From Myxococcota bacterium (GTDB lineage Bacteria > Myxococcota_A > UBA9160 > SZUA-336): DNA of 12,249 nucleotides. The first letter of the stretch is position 1, and the number at the start of each line of letters is the position of its first letter. Below are positions 7,095 through 12,249 of this stretch, one piece after another. The DNA is taken from the NCBI GenBank assembly GCA_046757685.1, contig JBHHYV010000105.1:1-12249 (forward strand). Reading direction: 5' to 3'. The position numbers were made by a program, and so were the translations under genes. The notes beneath the pieces are model-generated. The model had not been told where the DNA came from and made no database searches. It worked only from the letters and a program-made list of their open reading frames with translations.

Positions 7095-8366
7095 ATGGAC
7101 GCGAAGCAGGCGCATCGAGACATCACCACGGGGATCGAGCTGCTCGAGCCCAAGGACTACGGCCGCCAGGGGCCCCCGCACCAGGTCTGGACGGAGCTTC
7201 GCAAGAACTCCCCGGTGCACTGGTGCGAGATTCCGGAGATCGAGCCCTTCTGGGCCATCACCAAGCACGCCGACATCTGCTGGATCTCACGGCAGCCCGA
7301 CAAGTTCCTGAGCGAGCCCGGTATTACGCCGGCACCTGCCGATCCCTCGCAGATCGACCGGGAGCAGGGGCTCGGCGCGATGCGCGTGGTGATCACGATG
7401 GACCCGCCCGAGCACCGGAAGGTGCGCAAGGTCGCCAGCCCCTGGTTCACGCCCCGCGCACTCTCGCGGATCGACGCCGCAGTCGAGAAGAGTGCGCGCG
7501 CGCTCGTCGACGCGCTGGCCGGCGCGACCGGCGAGGGCGAGGCCGACCTGGTCACCCAGGTCGCCATCCGCCACCCGCTGCGGATCCTGTCGACGGCACT
7601 CGGCGTAGCGCCGGAGCAGGAAGCCAAGATCCTCGAGCTCTCGAACCGCCTGTTCGCACCCGATGACGAGGAGCTCGGCGGAGGGAGGACGGAGCCCGAG
7701 GACTTTCGCCAGCTGGGGCAGGAGTTCCTGGAGCTCTTCCTGCCGATCATCCAGGACCGGCGCCAGAACCCGCGCGACGACCTGGCGAGCCTGCTGGCCA
7801 ACGCCGCGATCGACGGCCAGCCCATGGGACCCGCGGAGACGCTGGGCTACTACCTGATCGTCTTCAACGCGGGCCACGACACGACCAAGAACGCGCTCGC
7901 GGGCGGTCTGCGCGCACTCATCGAGCACCCGGAGGCGTTCGACCGGATCCGGCGGGACCCCACGCTCGTACCCAAGGCCGTCGAGGAGATCGTGCGTTGG
8001 ACCTCACCGGTCAACTACATGAAGCGCACCGCGGCGTGCGACGTGGAGGTGCGGGGACACAAGATTCGCGAGGGCGAGGCCCTGATGATGTTCTACGGAT
8101 CGGCGAACCGCGACGAGGAGGTCTTCGACCATCCCTTCACGTTCGATATCGACCGCGACCCCAACCGCCACATCGCCTTCGGCTATGGCGAGCACTTCTG
8201 CATGGGCGCACACCTGGCCCGCCGCTCGCTTCGCGCGATCGTGGCCGAGCTCGCCCGCCGCGTCGAGCACTGGGAGATCACAGGCGAGCCCGAGTGGCTC
8301 ACGGGCAGCTTCGTCGTCGGTCTCAAGCACCTTCCGGTGCGCTACCGGATTGCGACGAGCTCCTGA
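7095..8366 (+). CDS. Cytochrome P450 monooxygenase (~423 aa)
   Basis: Heme-thiolate loop 'FGYGEHFCMGAHLAR', I-helix 'AGHDTT', K-helix 'EEIVRW' (ExxR), and 'PPEHRK' in the C-helix region. ATG 7095 has GGGGAG 9 nt upstream. GC3 rises to ~90% after 7095 and is ~75% between 7020 and 7095. In-frame ATG 7020 is the alternative. ORF-table start 6786 is a run-on through the divergent intergenic region. Confidence 0.9.
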   Translation: MDAKQAHRDITTGIELLEPKDYGRQGPPHQVWTELRKNSPVHWCEIPEIEPFWAITKHADICWISRQPDKFLSEPGITPAPADPSQIDREQGLGAMRVVITMDPPEHRKVRKVASPWFTPRALSRIDAAVEKSARALVDALAGATGEGEADLVTQVAIRHPLRILSTALGVAPEQEAKILELSNRLFAPDDEELGGGRTEPEDFRQLGQEFLELFLPIIQDRRQNPRDDLASLLANAAIDGQPMGPAETLGYYLIVFNAGHDTTKNALAGGLRALIEHPEAFDRIRRDPTLVPKAVEEIVRWTSPVNYMKRTAACDVEVRGHKIREGEALMMFYGSANRDEEVFDHPFTFDIDRDPNRHIAFGYGEHFCMGAHLARRSLRAIVAELARRVEHWEITGEPEWLTGSFVVGLKHLPVRYRIATSS

Positions 8367-8433
8367 GCCGCGGACGCAGGCGTCGACGACGCGCGCCGAT
8401 CGGGGAACCCGCGTGCGACGGGTCGCTTCGGGC

Positions 8434-8943
8434 CTAGAAGTCGCGGTCGAGCACCGTCCGACGCTCGGCGGCGCGGGCCTGCTCGATGGCGCCGTCGCAG
8501 AGCTGCCGGACCCGGTCCGAGAGCGGCTCGAGCACCCGGTCCGAGGTGTTCATGCCCGACCGGGCCCGGATGTAGGCCTTGAGCTTCGAGGCCACGATCA
8601 GGATGTCGCGCGGCAGGTCGCGATCCGCGTCGGGGGCGGACGCCGGGCGCGCGATCGCTCGCACCCTGCGGCGCACCGGCGTGGAGGGTGCGGTGGTGGC
8701 GCGGCGCGCCGGGGATGCCGCCCGTGCAGCGGATACGGGCGCCGCGGCCTCGCCCGCGCGCTTCTCGATCGCCCACGACTCGCGGTGGTTGACGACCCCC
8801 AGGTGCGCGTCCCAGCACTCGGTCGTGCAGAACACCAGCCCCGTCCGCTTGCGGTTGCAGGTCGAGACGTTGCACACCCAGTAGACCTGCCCGACCTCGA
8901 TGTCCCTCTTGCAGCTGCTGCAGCGCCGCCAGACCTCGGCCAT
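8434..8943 (-). CDS. Zinc-ribbon protein (6 Cys + His cluster) with low-complexity linker and C-terminal ~55-aa domain of unassigned family, 169 aa
   Basis: GC3 is ~100% in this minus frame. ATG at 8943..8941 has AGGGAGGGG 9 nt upstream. Cys pattern 'C-SS-C-x12-C-NVST-C ... FC-TTE-C-WDAH'. Then comes an Ala/Pro/Arg-rich linker, then 'DILIVASKLKAYIRARSGMNTSDRVLEPLSDRVRQLCDGAIEQARAAERRTVLDRDF'. The ORF-table 5' extension to 9156 is not supported. Confidence 0.6.
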   Translation of the reverse strand: MAEVWRRCSSCKRDIEVGQVYWVCNVSTCNRKRTGLVFCTTECWDAHLGVVNHRESWAIEKRAGEAAAPVSAARAASPARRATTAPSTPVRRRVRAIARPASAPDADRDLPRDILIVASKLKAYIRARSGMNTSDRVLEPLSDRVRQLCDGAIEQARAAERRTVLDRDF

Positions 8944-9100
8944 GTCCGAGCCCCTCCCTTCCCTCGAGCCACCCCGTGGCGGGGCGCAGGATACCGACCC
9001 CGCCGCCAAGATGCCCGGCGCGCAGGGCTTCGCCCCGGGGTCGTACTGGGGCCGCGTCGGGTCTAGGATGGGGGACCGTCCGCCGACGGCAGGAGAGACC

Positions 9101-9484
9101 ATGGCGTCCGAGCAGCTGGGCATCGACGCTCTGGGCGAGTTTCTTGCCGCCTTCAACGCGCAGGACCACGAGCGCCTGGCACGCTCGCTCCACTACCCGC
9201 ACATCCGCCTGGCGAACGGACGCTTCACGCGGGTCGACTCGCCCGAGGAGGCCGTCGAGTGGAGCCGCAAGGGTCGCTCACGGCTCGAGGCCGAGGGCTG
9301 GCACCACTCGGAGCTCGAATCGGCCGAGGTCGTCCAGGCGGGCGACGACAAGGTTCACCTGGCGATCCGCTTCCACCGCTGCCGCGAGGACGGCACCGTC
9401 TACAGCCGCTTCGACACCCTCTGGATCGCGACCCTCGTGGACGGTCACTGGGGCATCCAGTTCCGCTCGAGCTTCCTGCGCTGA
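9101..9484 (+). CDS. NTF2-like superfamily protein (SnoaL/DUF4440-like small cone-shaped alpha+beta fold), 127 aa
   Basis: ATG 9101 has AGGAG 5 nt upstream. The size and the pattern 'LGEFLAAFNAQDHERLARSLH...VHLAIRF...DTLWIATLVDGHWGIQ' fit SnoaL-like/NTF2-like domains. The frame has no upstream stop back to 8900 and GC3 stays high there, so a longer N-terminus cannot be excluded. Confidence 0.6.
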   Translation: MASEQLGIDALGEFLAAFNAQDHERLARSLHYPHIRLANGRFTRVDSPEEAVEWSRKGRSRLEAEGWHHSELESAEVVQAGDDKVHLAIRFHRCREDGTVYSRFDTLWIATLVDGHWGIQFRSSFLR

Positions 9485-9534
9485 GACCGCTCTGCCCGCG
9501 AGACTCGGCGCGGCTTCACGCTCTCGCAACCACG

Positions 9535-11370
9535 TCAGGCCGTCGACTCGAGATCGGGCTCGTCGACGATCCCGAAGGCCTGCATCTCGACGAGCCTTCG
9601 ATAGCGACCTCCCGACCGGCGGACGAGCAGCTCGTGCGAGCCTTCCTCGACGATCCGTCCGGCGTCGAACACCAGGATCCGATCGACCTGGCGAATCGTC
9701 GACAGACGGTGGGCGATCACGAGTGCGGTTCGACCCTGCATGAGCGTCACGAGAGCTTGCTGGATCAGGTGCTCGGTGATCGAGTCCAGGCTCGAGGTCG
9801 CCTCGTCGAGCACGAGAATCGGCGCGTTCGCCAGGATGGCCCGCGCGATCGCCACCCGCTGGCGCTCGCCCCCGGAGAGCTTGATCCCCCGCTCGCCCAC
9901 CAGGGTCTCGTAGCCCGCTTCGAGCTTCTCGATGAACTCGTGCGCGTGGGCGCGACGCGCGGCCTCGATCACCTGGGCTCGGGTCGCGTCCGGACGCGCG
10001 TAGCCGATGTTCTCGGCGAGAGAGCGGTGGAAGAGGATGGGCTCCTGGGGGACCACCGAGATCGCCTTGCGCAGCGACTCCTGGGTCACGCGCGAGATGT
10101 CACTGCCGTCGATCAGGATCCGGCCGCGGTCGACGTCGTAGAGCCGCTGGAGCAGCTTGGCAAAGGTGCTCTTCCCCGAGCCCGACTCGCCCACCAGGGC
10201 AACCTTCTCGCCGGGGCGGATCTCGACCGAGAGATCCTCGAAGATCGGCGACGGCTGGTTGCGATAGCCGAAGGTCACCCGCTCGAAGCGGAGGGCACCT
10301 GTGCCCGGCTCGAGGTCGGGGGCCCCGGGCACGTCGTCGACCTGGGGGTCCGTTCGCGAGATCTCGACCAGGTCGTCGAGCTCGTTGATGGCGCGCTGGG
10401 CGTTTCGGACCTGCCAGCCGATGTTGCGCAGGTAGCCGTGTACGACCAGGTAGGTCGCGATCACGTAGACGGATCCCTCGATACGGGTCGCGGCGGCACC
10501 GGGCCGGAGCAGGACGAGACCCAGGAGACCCCCGAGCAGCAGCAGGAGAAGCAGCGACTGGACGGCACCCGCGTCCATGGACCGAAGCCAGGCGCGCCGC
10601 GACTCGGTGCGCCAGGTCTGGCTCGTATCGTGGAACCGACCGTCCTCACGCTCCTCGGCGCCGAAGGCCTTCACGACGGAGTTGCAGGTGATGGCGTCCG
10701 CGAGTGCCCCGCCGACGGCCGTATCGGCAAGATTCGAGAGCACGTTCGCAGGAGCCACGTAGCGGAGCGACAGCGCGACGCTGACCGCCACGAACACTGC
10801 CACCGATACGCCAAAGTACACCCCCAGCGGAAGGTCGCGGAGAGTCATCGCCGCGGTGAAGCCCACGAGCAGACCCAGAGCCGGGCCGAGATCGATGACG
10901 AGGGTATCGGCGAGAGCATCGTAGGCCCACATCCCGCGCGTGATCTTCCGCTGCGTCGAGCCGGCGAAGTGGTTGGTGTGCCAGTCCAGGCTGAAGCGCT
11001 GGACCTGGTGAAAGCCATCGGCCACCAGGCGCTGCATCACCTGGGAGGCCAGGTACATCCAGTTGCGCAGGTAGAGCTGCTTGACGACGAAGACGCAGGC
11101 GAAGATCGCCAGGAGCGACGCAGCCGCCCGCCAGGCGGCCGCGTTCCCGGACGTGCCCGCAAGGTGATCCTGGACCGCGACGACCAGGTTCGCCGACAGG
11201 CCGGGGATCTGGACCTCGAGGAGAACCCCCGCGGTGGTGCCCACGACCATTCCCGCAAAGCGGACCGGAACCCGTCGCCAGTAGCCCCACACGAAGCGCA
11301 GGACCTCGAGGGCCGACGTCGAGGACGCGGCGCGGCGGAGACTCGGGGAGATCTCGTTGGCGTGGCTCAT
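9535..11370 (-). CDS. ABC exporter, fused transmembrane domain + ATP-binding domain (type I exporter, MsbA/Sav1866-like half-transporter), 611 aa
   Basis: ATG 11370..11368 with GAGG 6 nt upstream. The N-terminal ~320 aa have six TM helices. The NBD has Walker A 'GESGSGKST', Q-loop 'VVPQEP', signature 'LSGGERQRVAIARA', Walker B 'ILVLDEATSSLD', H-loop 'IAHRLS'. ORF-table start 11841 is a run-on through the MoaD-like gene. Confidence 0.9.
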   Translation of the reverse strand: MSHANEISPSLRRAASSTSALEVLRFVWGYWRRVPVRFAGMVVGTTAGVLLEVQIPGLSANLVVAVQDHLAGTSGNAAAWRAAASLLAIFACVFVVKQLYLRNWMYLASQVMQRLVADGFHQVQRFSLDWHTNHFAGSTQRKITRGMWAYDALADTLVIDLGPALGLLVGFTAAMTLRDLPLGVYFGVSVAVFVAVSVALSLRYVAPANVLSNLADTAVGGALADAITCNSVVKAFGAEEREDGRFHDTSQTWRTESRRAWLRSMDAGAVQSLLLLLLLGGLLGLVLLRPGAAATRIEGSVYVIATYLVVHGYLRNIGWQVRNAQRAINELDDLVEISRTDPQVDDVPGAPDLEPGTGALRFERVTFGYRNQPSPIFEDLSVEIRPGEKVALVGESGSGKSTFAKLLQRLYDVDRGRILIDGSDISRVTQESLRKAISVVPQEPILFHRSLAENIGYARPDATRAQVIEAARRAHAHEFIEKLEAGYETLVGERGIKLSGGERQRVAIARAILANAPILVLDEATSSLDSITEHLIQQALVTLMQGRTALVIAHRLSTIRQVDRILVFDAGRIVEEGSHELLVRRSGGRYRRLVEMQAFGIVDEPDLESTA

Positions 11371-11468
11371 GAGGAACCTCGTGCTGAGAGGATCCTGGGT
11401 TCCCCTCGGGCGACAGCGCCCGCGAGCCTTCCGCCCCGGCGGCCCCCGGGATCGGCGAGACTCGGGGA

Positions 11469-11729
11469 TCAGCCCCCGCTCAGCGCCTGGAGGATGTGCA
11501 CCTCGTCCGCCGCGGAGAGCGCCGTGTCGAGGGTCCCGATCTTCGCACGGTTCACGAAGATGCGCATGTGGGGCCGGATCGAGTCCTGCTCGTCGATCAT
11601 GCGGAAGCGGATCCCCGGGAAGCGCCGGTCGAGGTCGTAGAGCAGCTCCGCGAGGGTCGCGCCCTCGGCCTCGACCTCTCGCCGCTGCCCCGTGTACGAC
11701 ATCAGCGGGCCCGGAATCCCCACCTTCAT
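11469..11729 (-). CDS. MoaD/ThiS/CysO-family ubiquitin-fold sulfur-carrier-like protein with C-terminal Gly-Gly, 86 aa
   Basis: 'MKVGIPGPLMSYTGQRREVEAEGATLAELLYDLDRRFPGIRFRMIDEQDSIRPHMRIFVNRAKIGTLDTALSAADEVHILQALSGG*'. The length, the 'IP..L...TG' start, the 'R.FVN' core and the terminal 'GG' immediately before the stop match CysO/MoaD-like carriers. Start ATG 11729..11727 overlaps the upstream stop (ATGA). Confidence 0.75.
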   Translation of the reverse strand: MKVGIPGPLMSYTGQRREVEAEGATLAELLYDLDRRFPGIRFRMIDEQDSIRPHMRIFVNRAKIGTLDTALSAADEVHILQALSGG

Positions 11730-12249
11730 GCGGCGAGCTCGCCCGCCTCGACCGACAGGATCTGCGGCAGGTGCTGCGCGACGCAGGTCCAGTCGTCGCC
11801 CTCGTTCGCACTCGCCCAGACCTCGCCGCTCGTGGTGCCAAAGTAGACGCCGAGCGGGTCGTGCGCGTCGACGCTCAGCCCCTGGCGCAGCACCGTGTAG
11901 AAGGCGTTCTCTGCGGGAAGCCCGCGGTCGAGCCGCTGCCACGACCGACCCGCGTCCCGCGTGCGGTAGAGGCTGGGGCGGCCGTCGGGGCTGGTGCGCG
12001 GCCACACGTCGGTGCCGTCCATCGGAAACACCCACGCGGTCCCGACTTGTCTCGGGTGGACGGAGATCGGAAATCCAATGTCTCCCACGTCGCTCGGCAT
12101 GTTGTGGCCGACCCTCTCCCAGCGCCTGGCCGGACGCTCGATCCGGTAGATCCCGCAGTGATTCTGCTGGTAGATCACGTTGGGGTCGGCGGGGTGAAGC
12201 TGGATGCAGTGAGGGTCGTGCGACCCGCCGATCTCGGGCGCGGGACCCG
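11726..12249 (-). CDS. BNR/Asp-box repeat beta-propeller protein (sialidase-like fold), C-terminal part; 5' end beyond window
   Basis: The frame is open from the window edge (no stop from 12249 down to TGA 11726..11728), and the listed GTG 12178 is internal. It contains an Asp-box 'TRDAGRSWQRL' (S/T-x-D-x-G-x-T/S-W) and beta-strand-rich repeats. GC3 is high. Confidence 0.55.
   Translation of the reverse strand, partial: GPAPEIGGSHDPHCIQLHPADPNVIYQQNHCGIYRIERPARRWERVGHNMPSDVGDIGFPISVHPRQVGTAWVFPMDGTDVWPRTSPDGRPSLYRTRDAGRSWQRLDRGLPAENAFYTVLRQGLSVDAHDPLGVYFGTTSGEVWASANEGDDWTCVAQHLPQILSVEAGELAA

Noticed and set aside
8415-8426. GCGAC-gg-GTCGC hairpin between convergent P450 and Zn-ribbon genes as a bidirectional terminator
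   Set aside because: The stem is only 4-5 bp with a 2-4 nt loop and has no flanking T/U tract on either strand. It is indistinguishable from chance GC palindromes.
9496-9513. CCGCG-N8-CGCGG stem-loop between convergent NTF2-like and ABC exporter genes
   Set aside because: The stem is weak at 5 bp, with no T-run. It is a chance-level GC palindrome.
11431-11450. CCCGG-cggccc-CCGGG GC-rich hairpin between the MoaD-like gene and the ABC exporter
   Set aside because: It has no U-tract and a short stem. It could equally be part of a promoter/RBS region for the exporter. There is no evidence for termination, so it is left unannotated.
9259-11640. 793-aa ORF on the + strand, and many other long Arg/Pro/Gly-rich ORFs (e.g. 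45..1067 +, 621..1943 -, 692..2035 +, 3825..4886 +, 6364..7311 +, 6380..7153 -, 8185..9066 +, 8342..9202 -, 10646..11290 -)
   Set aside because: These are antisense or alternate-frame shadows of real genes in 70% GC DNA. They have extreme Arg/Pro/Gly composition and no domain signatures. Each overlaps a gene whose frame has near-100% GC3 and clear family motifs.
1-12249. Mobile elements, CRISPR arrays, integrases or transposases, and long direct or terminal repeats
   Set aside because: None were seen. There is no repeat-spacer periodicity, no recombinase or transposase motifs in any frame, and no obvious flanking direct repeats. The only clear compositional anomaly is the AT-rich 4824..5042 control region.

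Overview
This is a 12.2-kb window of high-GC DNA (about 70% GC, with nearly all codon third positions G/C in the real frames). It is densely coding and contains 16 protein-coding genes. There are no rRNA, tRNA, CRISPR or mobile-element genes. I could not assign the organism from sequence alone. The composition and the Ala/Pro/Arg-rich linkers resemble Myxococcota or Actinomycetota, but that is only a hint. Six-frame ORF calling in this GC range produces many long Arg/Pro-rich shadow ORFs, which I rejected.

Gene order:
(1) 1..879 +: 3' end of an AMP-dependent acyl-CoA ligase, partial.
(2) 890..4820 -: a minus-strand operon of ABC ATPase, two ABC-2 six-TM permeases, a short YtrA-like GntR regulator and an SPFH/band-7 protein with an unusually long multi-TM N-terminus. 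The genes are linked by start/stop overlaps (TTGA, ATGA, and a 17-nt overlap).
(3) 4824..5042: the only AT-rich stretch in the window. It is a divergent control region with a sigma70-like promoter (TTGACG-N16-TAAAAT) flanked by two related TGAA(T)/(A)TTCA palindromes, plus a 20-bp palindrome over the predicted -10 of the ABC operon.
(4) 5043..6023 +: a TetR regulator and a 90-aa two-TM membrane protein, forming a bicistron.
(5) 6070..6876 -: an alpha/beta-hydrolase, divergent from a cytochrome P450 at 7095..8366 +.
(6) 8434..8943 -: a 6-Cys/His zinc-ribbon protein with an unassigned C-terminal domain, divergent from a SnoaL/NTF2-like protein at 9101..9484 +.
(7) 9535..11370 -: a fused TMD-NBD ABC exporter.
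(8) 11469..11729 -: a MoaD/CysO-like ubiquitin-fold sulfur-carrier protein ending in Gly-Gly. Its start overlaps (ATGA) the stop of an upstream BNR/Asp-box beta-propeller gene that runs off the window edge.

The two most interesting candidates for something undescribed are the ABC-2/YtrA-GntR/multi-TM-SPFH module and the BNR-propeller/MoaD-like/exporter trio. The trio lacks any E1, JAMM or CysM partner in this window. Both need homology searches and flanking sequence to confirm.
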